Assembly (NCBI GenBank): GCA_963728205.1
Contig: CAVSIV010000006.1
Span: 64,001-128,000, forward strand
DNA length: 64,000 nucleotides
From: an uncultured Chloroflexia bacterium
Lineage (GTDB): Bacteria > Chloroflexota > Dehalococcoidia > UBA2979
Direction: 5' to 3'
Shown: piece after piece, positions 48,585 to 57,563 of the stretch
Numbering within the stretch: the first letter of the stretch is position 1
Layout of the letters: the number at the start of each line of letters is the position of its first letter
Notes under the pieces: generated by a model
The model's input: the letters and a program-made list of their open reading frames with translations, nothing else
Database searches by the model: none
Told to the model about the DNA's origin: nothing
Program-made: the position numbers and the translations under genes

Positions 48585-49478
48585 ATGCGCGTCCACCTCC
48601 TCGACGGCACATACGAGATCTTTCGCTACTTCGCGGTCGTCCCCTCCCACCACGACACCGACGGGCGTGAGGTCGGCGCCGTTCGCGCGGTCGTCGGCTC
48701 CGTGATCGGGATGCTCGAGGAGGGCGCCACGCACCTCGGCGTCGCCACCGACCATGTCATCGAGTCGTTCCGCAACGGGATGTGGCCCGGATACAAGACC
48801 GGCGCCGGCGTCCCGCCCGAGCTGTTCGCGCAGTTCGAGCCGCTCGAGGAGGCGCTGGGGCTGCTCGGCGTGACCGTGTGGCCGATGGTCGAGCACGAGG
48901 CGGACGACGCGCTCGCGTCGGCTGCGGCCCGCGCGGCGGCGGACCCGCGCGTCGAGCAGGTCGTGATCGCGACGCCGGACAAGGACCTCGGCCAGTGCGT
49001 GCGCGGGACGCGCGTCGTGCAGCTCGAACGGCGGACCGGTCGCGTGATCGACGAGGCGGGGGTGATCGAGAAGTTCGGCGTCCCGCCCGAGTCGATCCCC
49101 GACTACCTCGGGCTCGTCGGCGACAGCGCCGACGGCTTCCCCGGCCTGCCCGGCTGGGGCGCGAAGTCCGCCGCCGCGGTGCTCGCACGCTTCGGGCACC
49201 TCGAGGCGATCCCCGACGACGTCGCCGCGTGGGACGTCACCGTGCGCGGCGGCGCGCGCCTCGCCGAGACGCTCGCCGCCCACCGCGAGGACGCGATGCT
49301 CTTCCGCGACATCGCCACGGTGCGGCTCGACGTGCCGGTCTTCGGCGACGTCGACGAGCTGTGCTGGATCGGCCCAGCGTCGGGGTTCGCCGAGTGGTGC
49401 GCCCGAGCCGGCGTGGAACGTTATGCCGCACGTGTGGATTCCCTGGCCGCCGCGCTGGAGTCGAGCGGCAGCCGGTAG
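48585..49478 (+). CDS. Stand-alone 5'-3' exonuclease/flap endonuclease
   Basis: LLDGTY, SFRN..PGYK, EADDAL, PDKDL, GDSADGFPGLPGWGAKSA (H3TH). Confidence 0.93.
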   Translation: MRVHLLDGTYEIFRYFAVVPSHHDTDGREVGAVRAVVGSVIGMLEEGATHLGVATDHVIESFRNGMWPGYKTGAGVPPELFAQFEPLEEALGLLGVTVWPMVEHEADDALASAAARAAADPRVEQVVIATPDKDLGQCVRGTRVVQLERRTGRVIDEAGVIEKFGVPPESIPDYLGLVGDSADGFPGLPGWGAKSAAAVLARFGHLEAIPDDVAAWDVTVRGGARLAETLAAHREDAMLFRDIATVRLDVPVFGDVDELCWIGPASGFAEWCARAGVERYAARVDSLAAALESSGSR

Positions 49479-49661
49479 GCTGCCGAATCCCTCCCATCGG
49501 GCGCTTCCGGCCGGGAACCACCCCCGGCGGCATCCGTGGGGCGCGCGGGCGCGGCGGGGAGATCGCCCGACAGACCGGCTCGACCAGGCGCCCGCGCGGG
49601 TGTGGATCGCGACGCGGCCCGCTACGCTGGAAGGACCCACTCGAACGAGAGCAGGAACCCA

Positions 49662-50423
49662 GTGACGTCGCACACGTCGTCATGCCCGCGACCCTCCGAG
49701 CGGACGCCAGGCCGTCGGCGCCGCCGGTGGGCGGCTCGCCGTAGCGCGTTCGTCCTCGCGGTCGTCGCGGTCGTGATCGCCGGGCGGCCCGCGTCCATGA
49801 GCGCGCAGGCGCCGGGCGTCGCGCCGATCACGCTGACGGCCTTGCGCAACACCACCTACCCGTCCGCCTACACCGCGAGCCACGAGGCGCCGCTCAAGGA
49901 CGGTCGCTACTCGGAGCAGGCGCCGGGCGCGGCGACGCCGGTGACGGTCGAGTTCGTGACCGACGCCGTCGCGCCGACCTTCGCGGCCGTCGCGCTCGCC
50001 ACCACCGACGCGAGCGGAACGCACGCGACGCTGCACATCGTGACGGCGGCCGCGGCCGGCCTGGTTGCGAGCGACGGCGTGGCGCTCGGCGACGGCGTCA
50101 CCGTGCAGTCGGTCGCAATCGTCGGCGGCCAGGTCACCGTGCGGCTGCTCCAGCCGGCGCCGGGCGACCGTCCCGGCCATCCGACGGCGCAGACGACGCG
50201 CACCTTCACGCGCGCCGGCGGCGGGTTCGCGTCGGCCGCCGACAGCGTCGCCACCGTCGCGACGACGACGGGGCCTGCTCCCTCGGCGACCGGCTCGGCG
50301 GGCGCGCTCGGCCGCGGCGCGCCGGCGTCGCTCGCCGCCGAGCTGGCGGTGCTCGCCGTCACGCTCGCCGTCGCCGCGGCGGCGCGCGCGGCGGGCGGAC
50401 GTCGCAGCCGCGGCGGATCCTGA
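49662..50423 (+). CDS. Secreted/surface protein with sortase-like C-terminal sorting signal
   Basis: N-terminal signal; C-terminal PAPSATG + hydrophobic helix + RRSR tail. Start uncertain. Confidence 0.65.
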   Translation: MTSHTSSCPRPSERTPGRRRRRWAARRSAFVLAVVAVVIAGRPASMSAQAPGVAPITLTALRNTTYPSAYTASHEAPLKDGRYSEQAPGAATPVTVEFVTDAVAPTFAAVALATTDASGTHATLHIVTAAAAGLVASDGVALGDGVTVQSVAIVGGQVTVRLLQPAPGDRPGHPTAQTTRTFTRAGGGFASAADSVATVATTTGPAPSATGSAGALGRGAPASLAAELAVLAVTLAVAAAARAAGGRRSRGGS

Positions 50424-50486
50424 GCTGAGGGCCACCACGCGGCGGCCTCATCCGTTTCATGCTGCCGACGGCGGGAGCGACCGCGC

Positions 50487-51407
50487 ATGACGCAGCCGGC
50501 CGTGACGATCCCGCCCGCGTTCGCGCGCCACGCGGCCACGGTCTTCGGCGCGACGGGCGAGCGCTGGCTCGCGGCGCTGCCCGACCTCGTGGCCGCGCTC
50601 GCCGCGCAGTGGGGCCTCGCGATCGGCGAGCCCTTCGACCTCTCGTACGGCTATGTCGTCGCCGCGCGGCGGGCCGGCGGCGAGCCGGTCGTGCTGAAGG
50701 TCGTCGTCGAGGTCGGCGAGGATGCGGGCGAGTTCGCGCGCGGCGTGCACGCGCTGCGGGAATACGACGGTCGCGGCGCCTGTCGCGTGCTGGCCGCCGA
50801 CCTCGGACGCGGCGCGGCGCTCTTCGAGCGGGTGCTCCCGGGCGCGCAGCTCGCCGCGCTCGCCGCTCGCGACGACGACGCGGCAACGCGCGCCGGCGCG
50901 GCCGTGATGCGTCGGCTGTGGCGACCGGCCGACGCGGCGCACACGAAGCCGATCGCGGAGTGGTTCGCGAACGCGTTTCGGATCCACGAGCAGGCCTACG
51001 ATGGCCCCGGTCCGCTGCCCGCCGACGTCTTCGCGCGCGGCCTCGCCATCGCGCGCGAGCTGCTCGAGACGGCGCCCGCCGACGTCCTGCTGCACGGCGA
51101 CCTGCACCACCACAACATCCTGTCCGGCGATCGCGAGCCGTGGCTCGCGATCGATCCGAAGGGCATGCGCGGCGATCCCGGCTACGACGCCGGCCCGTTC
51201 CTGCACAACCCGCTGCCCGGCGGCTTCGACGCGCCGCTGCTGCGCCGGCGGCTCGACATCCTCGCGGCAGCGCTCGACTACGACCGCGACCGCCTGCGCG
51301 ACTGGGGCGTCGCGCACGGCGTGCTGTCGGCGTGCTGGACGACGCAACACGGGACCACCGGCTGGGAGCCGGCGATCACGACGGCGGAGTCGCTGCTCTC
51401 GCTCTGA
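50487..51407 (+). CDS. APH(6)/hydroxyurea-resistance-kinase family phosphotransferase
   Basis: VVLKV, LLHGDLHHHNIL, WLAIDPKG..GDP.YD. Confidence 0.9.
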   Translation: MTQPAVTIPPAFARHAATVFGATGERWLAALPDLVAALAAQWGLAIGEPFDLSYGYVVAARRAGGEPVVLKVVVEVGEDAGEFARGVHALREYDGRGACRVLAADLGRGAALFERVLPGAQLAALAARDDDAATRAGAAVMRRLWRPADAAHTKPIAEWFANAFRIHEQAYDGPGPLPADVFARGLAIARELLETAPADVLLHGDLHHHNILSGDREPWLAIDPKGMRGDPGYDAGPFLHNPLPGGFDAPLLRRRLDILAAALDYDRDRLRDWGVAHGVLSACWTTQHGTTGWEPAITTAESLLSL

Positions 51408-51500
51408 TCAGGGCGCAGTCCGCCGCAGCTGCACGACCGCGGCGTTGACGACGCCGAACGCCACGAACAGCGCGAAGTTCGTCACACCGGCGGCGGCGGC
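51408..51500 (-). pseudogene. APC-family amino-acid permease remnant
   Basis: AAAAGVTNFALFVAFGVVNAAVVQLRRTAP* resembles the APC late TM segment followed by LR..P; no full ORF. Confidence 0.45.
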
Positions 51501-51680
51501 GCGGTCATGCCGCCTCGCCGCCGCCCCGTCGTCCGCTTCGAGCGGCCCGCGGGAGCGTGCCGATCGCTCGCCACCACCCCGCCTCGCGCACGTTCACGCC
51601 GCCTCCGATCCCGCCTCGCCCCGCACGCCCGAGCGGCGCCCGATCCACCTCGCCCCGCGCGCCGCTCGACCAGCCCCCAA

Positions 51681-51790
51681 CGCGCCGACCGCGCGCCGAC
51701 GGAGCCCGCGCCCGGCGCAAGCCGACGCGGGCGGAGGAGGATCTCGCCGACGGCGGCGTGCGCCGCCGCCGGCGCGAGCGCGGACATCAT
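51681..51790. repeat. Family C intergenic repeat
   Basis: cgcgccgaccgcgcgccgacggagcccgcgcc...ggcggaggaggatctcgcc...ggcgcgagcgcggac, shared with 11620-11848. Confidence 0.8.
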
Positions 51791-54186
51791 GCGGAGCGCT
51801 GCCGTACCACCCGTGCCAGGTCGATGCGCCCGGCCGATCGCAGCGCGGGGATCTGCGCGATGCCGGCCACCACCAGCATCCCCAGCGCCGCGAGCACGAA
51901 CGTGCGCGCCCGCATCTGGAGCCCGAACTGGAAGAGGTCGCTCGAGAAGCTCGCCATGAACTGCCCGGCGACCAGGTAGCCGATCACGAGCCCGAACGGG
52001 ATGCCCAGCACGACGAGCAGCAGGTTCTCGGCCGCGATCAGCCGCGACAGCGTCGAACGCGCCAGCCCCGCCGCGCGCAGCCCGGCCATCTCCGCCGACC
52101 GCTCCGCCACGTTCGCCGACATGGTGTTGAAGATCAGCGCCGACGCCATCAACCCGCCGAACACGAGCATCGCACCGATGATCACGTAGAACAGCCCGAG
52201 CAGGGACTGCACGGAGTCGAGCAGCGCGCGGGCGTCGGTGAAGGACGTCACGCCGGGCAGCGCCGTGAGGCGGTCGCGCATCGTCGCGCCGCCGACCCCG
52301 GCCGCGTAGCGCAGCTGCACCTCGTTCGGCTGCACGAGCGCCGCGGCCGCGGCGCCGCCGCGCGCGGCGACCGCCTGCTGCAGCGCCCCGAGCGACACGT
52401 ACGCGAACGTCCCGAGCGGCTCGCTCACGAACCCGGCGACCGGCCGCTCGACGCCGAGCGAGCTGTTCGGCAGCGACAGCGTCACCGTGTCGCCGACCCG
52501 GATGCCGAGCAGGTCGCGCATCGCGACCCCGAGCAGCACGCCGCCGTCCGGCGGCAGCGTCGCCTCGCCGCCGCCGACCCGCAGGAAGCGGTGCATCTGC
52601 GTGCCGGCCGGGTACGCCAGCAGCTCTGTGCCGTACGCGCGATCGCCGTGCGACACAACGACGACGGCGTCGAGCACGCCCTCGGCCCGCGCCACGCCGT
52701 CGACATTCGCGACCGTCTGCACCGCCGCCGCGTCGGCCGGTTCGCTCAGGTGCAGGCTCGCGTTCCATTGCTGCACCTGGTTGAACTGGCGGTTGAGGAG
52801 GATGTCGATGGTATCGAGCATGCCCCATGCGACGATCACCAGCGTGAGCGCGAGCACGACGCCGCTCGCGGTGTAGACGCTGCGCCGCTTGTTGCGGCCG
52901 ACGTTGCGCAGCGTCATCCGCCAGCGCGCGGGCAGCCCGCGCAGTGGCGGCAGCAGGCGCTCCCACAGGCTGAGCCCGCCGCCGCCGGTCGGCGCCATGC
53001 CGCGCATCGCCTCCGCGGCCTCGACGCGCAGCGCCGCGAACGCCGGCGCCGCGGCCGCGATCAGCCCCGCGACCGTCCCCGCGATCACGCCGACCGCCGC
53101 CGTGCCGGCGTGCAGGCCGTGCACGGTGATCGGCAGCGAGATCTCGGCGGTGTACGCACCGGTGATCGCGCGGCCGAGCAGCACGCCGATGACCGCCGCG
53201 GGGATCGACGCGACCAGCCCGGCGGCGAGCCCGTACTCGAGATAGTGCAGCAGGATCGTGCGCGCGCCGAGGCCGCTCGCCCGCAGCGTGCCGATCACCT
53301 CGCGCTGGCTGTGCACGAGGCGGCTGAGGAGGATGTAGGTGCCCATCATCGCGGCCGACAGGAACAGCAGCGGGAACATCACGGACATCTCGCCGAAGCC
53401 CTGGATGTCCTCCTGCAGCGCCGCGTTCGACGGCTGCTCGGCGCGCGTGTAGGCGTCGAGCCCGCCGAGGCCGCGTGCCTGCGCGGCGAGGCGCGCGTCG
53501 GCGGCCGCGGCGTCGGCGCCGTCGCGCAGGCGGATCATCGTCTGCACGCGGGCGGCGGGCAGCGCGGCGACCAGCGGCTCGGGCGCGAAGATCACGCCGA
53601 AGTCGTCCGGCGACGTGAGGATGTCCTGGCGGCTGCGCGCCGGCCACAGGTACTCCGCCGAAGCCGCGACGCCAAGCACGTCGAGCGTGTGCCAGCCGTC
53701 CGCCTCGTAGACGTCGATGTGGCTGCCCGGCGCGAGGTGGAAGTGCGCGGCGAGGTGCTGCTCGACGAGCACGCCGTCGGGCTTCGCCGGGTCGAGGTAG
53801 CCGCCGTCCTGCACGAGCACGCGGTTCACGGCGGGCTGCCCCGCGGCCGGCATGCCGACCACGCTGCCGAAGAGCTTGTGCTCGCCGCCGCCGGCCGCCG
53901 CGATCCGGAACGAGACGTCGGCGACCGAGCGCGTCGCGACCGCGGAGACGTCGGGGTCGCCCTGCGCCGCCTGCGTGATCTGCGGCGCGTCGCCGCCGGT
54001 GACCCAGAGGCTCGCGAAGCGCAGGTCGACGAAGAGCCGGTCGTAGGACGCCTGGAGGTTCTGGAACGCGTCGTACGACGCGCCGAAGAGCACGATGCCG
54101 ATGCCGAGCGTGACCATCACGGCGACGAACTGCGCGCGCTGGGCGCGCACGTCGCGGCGGAGCTTGCGGAACAGCAGCCTCACCAT
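51787..54186 (-). CDS. FtsX/MacB-like ABC permease (duplicated)
   Basis: LFRKLRRD start; two 4-TM FtsX modules (QREVIGTLRASG; ERSAEMAGLRAAG). Confidence 0.92.
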   Translation of the reverse strand: MVRLLFRKLRRDVRAQRAQFVAVMVTLGIGIVLFGASYDAFQNLQASYDRLFVDLRFASLWVTGGDAPQITQAAQGDPDVSAVATRSVADVSFRIAAAGGGEHKLFGSVVGMPAAGQPAVNRVLVQDGGYLDPAKPDGVLVEQHLAAHFHLAPGSHIDVYEADGWHTLDVLGVAASAEYLWPARSRQDILTSPDDFGVIFAPEPLVAALPAARVQTMIRLRDGADAAAADARLAAQARGLGGLDAYTRAEQPSNAALQEDIQGFGEMSVMFPLLFLSAAMMGTYILLSRLVHSQREVIGTLRASGLGARTILLHYLEYGLAAGLVASIPAAVIGVLLGRAITGAYTAEISLPITVHGLHAGTAAVGVIAGTVAGLIAAAAPAFAALRVEAAEAMRGMAPTGGGGLSLWERLLPPLRGLPARWRMTLRNVGRNKRRSVYTASGVVLALTLVIVAWGMLDTIDILLNRQFNQVQQWNASLHLSEPADAAAVQTVANVDGVARAEGVLDAVVVVSHGDRAYGTELLAYPAGTQMHRFLRVGGGEATLPPDGGVLLGVAMRDLLGIRVGDTVTLSLPNSSLGVERPVAGFVSEPLGTFAYVSLGALQQAVAARGGAAAAALVQPNEVQLRYAAGVGGATMRDRLTALPGVTSFTDARALLDSVQSLLGLFYVIIGAMLVFGGLMASALIFNTMSANVAERSAEMAGLRAAGLARSTLSRLIAAENLLLVVLGIPFGLVIGYLVAGQFMASFSSDLFQFGLQMRARTFVLAALGMLVVAGIAQIPALRSAGRIDLARVVRQRSA

Positions 54187-54911
54187 GCGACGCGCTCCGC
54201 GGCCACGGGCTGCGCGACGCGCTCGTCCGCCGTGATCGCGCCGGAGCGCATGCGCAGCACGCGGTCGGCCATGTCGGCGATCGCGGAGTTATGCGTGACG
54301 AGGAGCACGGTGTGGCCCTGCTCGCGGCTCGCTCGCTGCAGCAGCGCGAGGACCGAGCGGCCGGTCTCGAGGTCGAGCGAGCCGGTCGGCTCGTCGCAGA
54401 GCAGGATCGACGGCGCGTTGACGAGGGCGCGCGCGATGGCGACGCGCTGTTGCTGGCCGCCCGAGAGCTGGCCTGGGAAGCGGTCGACCTGGTCGCCGAG
54501 CCCCACGCTCTCCAGCGCACGCCGCGCCCGCGCCAGCGAGGGCTCGTCGGCCGGCCGCAGCTCCGCGATCAGCTGCACGTTCTCGAGCGCGGTCAGCGTC
54601 GGCACGAGGTTGAAGAACTGGAAGACGAAGCCGACGTGCTCGCGCCGGTAGGCGGTGCGCGCCTCCTGGTCGAGGCCGGTGACCTCGACGCCGCCCGCGA
54701 CGACGCGGCCGCTCGTCGGGGACTCGATGCCGCCCACGATGTTGAGCAGCGTCGTCTTCCCGGAGCCGCTCGGACCGAGCATCACGACGAACTCGCCGCG
54801 CCCCAGGGACAGCGAGATGTCGCGCAGCGCGTGGACCGCGATGGCGCCCGCGCCGTAGGTCTTGGCGAGGTGATCGAGAACAATCGCCTCGCCGTCGTCG
54901 CCGTTCGTCAT
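54180..54911 (-). CDS. LolD/MacB-type ABC ATP-binding protein
   Basis: GPSGSGKTT, GFVFQFFNL, LSGGQQQRVAIARAL, DEPTGSLD, VTH. Confidence 0.95.
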   Translation of the reverse strand: MTNGDDGEAIVLDHLAKTYGAGAIAVHALRDISLSLGRGEFVVMLGPSGSGKTTLLNIVGGIESPTSGRVVAGGVEVTGLDQEARTAYRREHVGFVFQFFNLVPTLTALENVQLIAELRPADEPSLARARRALESVGLGDQVDRFPGQLSGGQQQRVAIARALVNAPSILLCDEPTGSLDLETGRSVLALLQRASREQGHTVLLVTHNSAIADMADRVLRMRSGAITADERVAQPVAAERVAW

Positions 54912-55522
54912 GCGTGCCTCCCACCCCGCCGGCCGCCGCCGGCATGCGTCGCGGCGCGCGCCACGACGGCGTCGATCAGATCGGAATCCGCGGCGACGGC
55001 CGGGTCGGCCAGCGCCTGCAGCGCGAGCCCGTCCACGGTCGCGGCGAAGACGCGCGCCGCGGTCTCGGGCTCGGGGTCGCCGAGCGCGGCGAACGCCGGC
55101 GCGAGCGTCCCGCTCCACGCGCGCAGCTCCTCGTCCATGAGGTCGGCCACGATCGCCGCGACCTGCGGCTCGACCGCGAGCTGCAGGAGGACGCGGTAGC
55201 CGTCGGGCTGCTCGGTGACGTGCCGGAGGACGCGCTCGACAACGGAGCGCAGCGCGTCGGCGGGGACTGCAGAGGGGTCGCTCTCGGGCAGGGCGGAGTG
55301 GATGGCCGCCTGCACCTGCTCCGCGAAGACGGCGCGGAAGAGATCGGACTTCGAGCGGAAGTGCCAGTAGACACTGGCCTTGCTGATGCCGACGGCGTCG
55401 GCGATGGCGGCCATGCCGGCGCCGTGGTAGCCGCGGCGGGCGAAGAGCTCAAGGGCGGCGGCGAGGATGGCGCGACGGGTGTCGCCGCCGCGCGGGCGGG
55501 AGTGGGGTCGCTGCCGTGGCAC
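54908..55522 (-). CDS. TetR/AcrR family transcriptional regulator
   Basis: ILAAALELF...GY....IA..VGISKASVYWHFRSK. Confidence 0.93.
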   Translation of the reverse strand: MPRQRPHSRPRGGDTRRAILAAALELFARRGYHGAGMAAIADAVGISKASVYWHFRSKSDLFRAVFAEQVQAAIHSALPESDPSAVPADALRSVVERVLRHVTEQPDGYRVLLQLAVEPQVAAIVADLMDEELRAWSGTLAPAFAALGDPEPETAARVFAATVDGLALQALADPAVAADSDLIDAVVARAATHAGGGRRGGRHA

Positions 55523-55527
55523 ACACC

Positions 55528-55578
55528 GCCTCCCGACCGTTCGGTCGGGAGGCTACGCGCAGCGCACCGGCCCGTCAA
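55528..55578 (-). promoter_or_regulatory. Promoter and autoregulatory operator of the tetR-ABC operon
   Basis: TTGACG (55578-55573), 17 bp, TAGCCT (55555-55550); perfect 12-bp-arm palindrome gcctcccgaccg-tt-cggtcgggaggc at 55528-55553. Confidence 0.8.
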
Positions 55579-55614
55579 CGGCCCGAACGCCGCGCCCGCC
55601 CGCGCATGTCGCGT

Positions 55615-55694
55615 TCAAGCGGCGGCAGGATGCCGCCGACACTCCCGCGGCCCCAACACCGCGCCGGCATCGGCGGCATGCTGCCGCCGCTTGA
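55615..55694. repeat. Family A REPIN
   Basis: tcaagcggcggcaggatgccgccga / tcggcggcatgctgccgccgcttga. Confidence 0.88.
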
Positions 55695-55716
55695 GTACGG
55701 CCCGCGTCGCCGGGGA

Positions 55717-56400
55717 CTACCGCAGCTGCTGCAGCAGCTCCTCGGCGATCGGCGGCGACTGCACGGTCGTCGTCGAGTGGCTGAGCGACGCGATCAGCTC
55801 CGCCAGGGCGTCGCGGTGCTCCGGCGCGCGCATGCGGCGCAGCGCCCACAACGCGGCGCGATGGAACGTGAGCGTGGGCTCATGTCGCACCAGGCCTTCG
55901 AGCACCGGCACCAGCGCCGCGTCGCCGATCGCGACGAGCCCGCGCGACGCCGCCCAGCGGATCGCGAAGTCATCGTCGGCCATGGCGTCGACGAGGAGCG
56001 GCGCGACGTCGGGATGAGCGAGCAGTCGGGCGGCCTCCACACCGTACCAGCGCACCTCGCGCCGCGGGCTCGTGGCGAGCGCGCGGACCTCGCTGATGGC
56101 CGCCGCGCCGAAGTCGATCAGGGCCTCGAAGCCAGCCTCGCGCAGGTAGGGGTCGGCGCCGGCGATCCACTCCTGCGCGACCTCCGCACCGTTCTCGGCG
56201 CCCATCAGGCTGAGGTAGGCGTGGCCGAGCGCCAGACGGCGCCCCGGGTCGCTCTCGCGCTGGAGCAGCCGCGCCAGCGTGGTCAGCATCTCGATCGTCG
56301 CGGGTTGGCCGGTCTGCGCTCGCGCGATGGCGTCGCTGATCATCGCCTCGACGTCGTCGCCCGCGCGGTGCTCGGTGTAGGCGGGGGTCTTGTCGGGCAT
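55717..56400 (-). CDS. HEAT/PBS-lyase repeat protein
   Basis: Repeats EVRWYGVEA and DDDFAIRWAASRGLVAIG; AGAGGA RBS. Confidence 0.82.
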   Translation of the reverse strand: MPDKTPAYTEHRAGDDVEAMISDAIARAQTGQPATIEMLTTLARLLQRESDPGRRLALGHAYLSLMGAENGAEVAQEWIAGADPYLREAGFEALIDFGAAAISEVRALATSPRREVRWYGVEAARLLAHPDVAPLLVDAMADDDFAIRWAASRGLVAIGDAALVPVLEGLVRHEPTLTFHRAALWALRRMRAPEHRDALAELIASLSHSTTTVQSPPIAEELLQQLR

Positions 56401-56851
56401 CGGGTCCTCTTTCCGTCTCGACGCGCGCGCCGCGCTCGGCTGCGCGCATCGCCTCTGGGGGCTGTTCCCATGTTCGCACGCGAATGCAGGCGCGCCGCGA
56501 GCGAGAAGGGTCCCGGCCGCTCCACGCGACCTGGAAGAGGTGTACGTCGCACCCGGGTGTCCGGGCAGAGACAAAGGTCCCGCGTTGGCACCGGTGGTTG
56601 GGTCCACGCGGCAATCCGCCACGACGGCGACAGGTTTGGAGCCGGTACCGCGCAGCGGCCGCCCGCTCCGATGGCCGACGAACCGCGCACCGGCCCTAGG
56701 CCGATCGCGCAATCAAAGTCGCGACGTCCCGACGACCCTCGCAGGGACGTTCGCCTGTAACTGCGCCGCCCGATGCTCCGTAACTTGAGACACGGAATGG
56801 CCCCGGACGACGCCCACGCGACGCCACCCGGGATACGACAGGGGGCCAGCC

Positions 56852-57208
56852 ATGGTCCGAGTCTTGATCGTCAACAACCACCCGCTCGTGCGCACGGCGT
56901 TGATCGAGCTGCTCGCGCTCGGGCCGGGAATCGAGGTAGTCGGACACGCCGCCGACGCCGCCGAGGCGGTCGAGGCGGTCCGCGCTCTGCACCCGGACGT
57001 CGTGCTCATGGACCTCAGCATGCCGGGCCACTCGGGCCTCGACGCCTGTCGCGAGATCCGCGGCCAGACGGTCGACGTGAAGGTGCTGTTCCTGGCGTCC
57101 TTCGACGACGCTCGCCAGCGCGCGGAGGCGCTGTGCGCCGGAGCGGCCGGGCTGGTGCTGAAGGACCTGGACCCATCGCGGCTTACGCAGTCGATCCTGC
57201 ACATCTAG
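56852..57208 (+). CDS. Single-domain response regulator (NarL-like REC only)
   Basis: VLIVNNH, PDVVLMDLSMPG, GLVLKD; stops directly after the REC domain. Confidence 0.85.
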   Translation: MVRVLIVNNHPLVRTALIELLALGPGIEVVGHAADAAEAVEAVRALHPDVVLMDLSMPGHSGLDACREIRGQTVDVKVLFLASFDDARQRAEALCAGAAGLVLKDLDPSRLTQSILHI

Positions 57209-57324
57209 GGATGTGCGAGGGCCGGCTCTCTTGCCTGCAGGGGATGGTAGGCAGGAGAGCCGGCCCCCGCACCCGCTTCCGCCTCCCCCTGCGCCGCGCC
57301 TCGACCGATGCTCCCGCACACGGA

Positions 57325-57354
57325 GAAGCACCCCGCGTCGCCGCGGGGTGCTTC
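57325..57354. terminator. Strong terminator-like hairpin
   Basis: Perfect 13-bp stem gaagcaccccgcg/cgcggggtgcttc. Confidence 0.75.
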
Positions 57355-57558
57355 CGGGTTACGAGACCTTGCGCTTGGCGCGGGTGGGGCTCTTCAGAGC
57401 CCAGGGCCCGGGGCGAACCCTCATCGGGCCACTACGCTGCGAATCGCGTGACGGACTCGGTCTCGAGCCCTGAACGGACCTCTCTGACCATCGGTCACCT
57501 CTCGGTCTGGGGTAGCTCCGGTTTCCTCTGCTGGACTCTTCCGTGCTTCCCTTTCCAC
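57325..57558 (-). ncRNA. Candidate structured small RNA (family not recognised)
   Basis: TATAAT promoter upstream, several hairpins closed by CGAGACC/GGTCTCG, terminal hairpin, no long ORF. Confidence 0.55.
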
Positions 57559-57563
57559 TCAGA

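Noticed and set aside
50487-51407. Acquired streptomycin-resistance gene
   Set aside because: Host-like composition and no mobile context; the APH(6)-like family is widespread with unknown substrates.
51001-54651. Very long alternative ORFs (also 14784-17921, 36056-39343, 56773-59601, 51482-54520)
   Set aside because: Arg/Ala/Pro-rich shadow frames of well-supported genes; expected in very high-GC DNA with few stop codons.
57325-57558. tmRNA, hammerhead ribozyme or T-box identity for the orphan RNA
   Set aside because: No tRNA-like GGGG/CCA ends or T-loop despite the FAA* peptide; CCGATGA is not followed by the hammerhead GAAA core; no T-box GGTGGNACC and no downstream gene on that strand.
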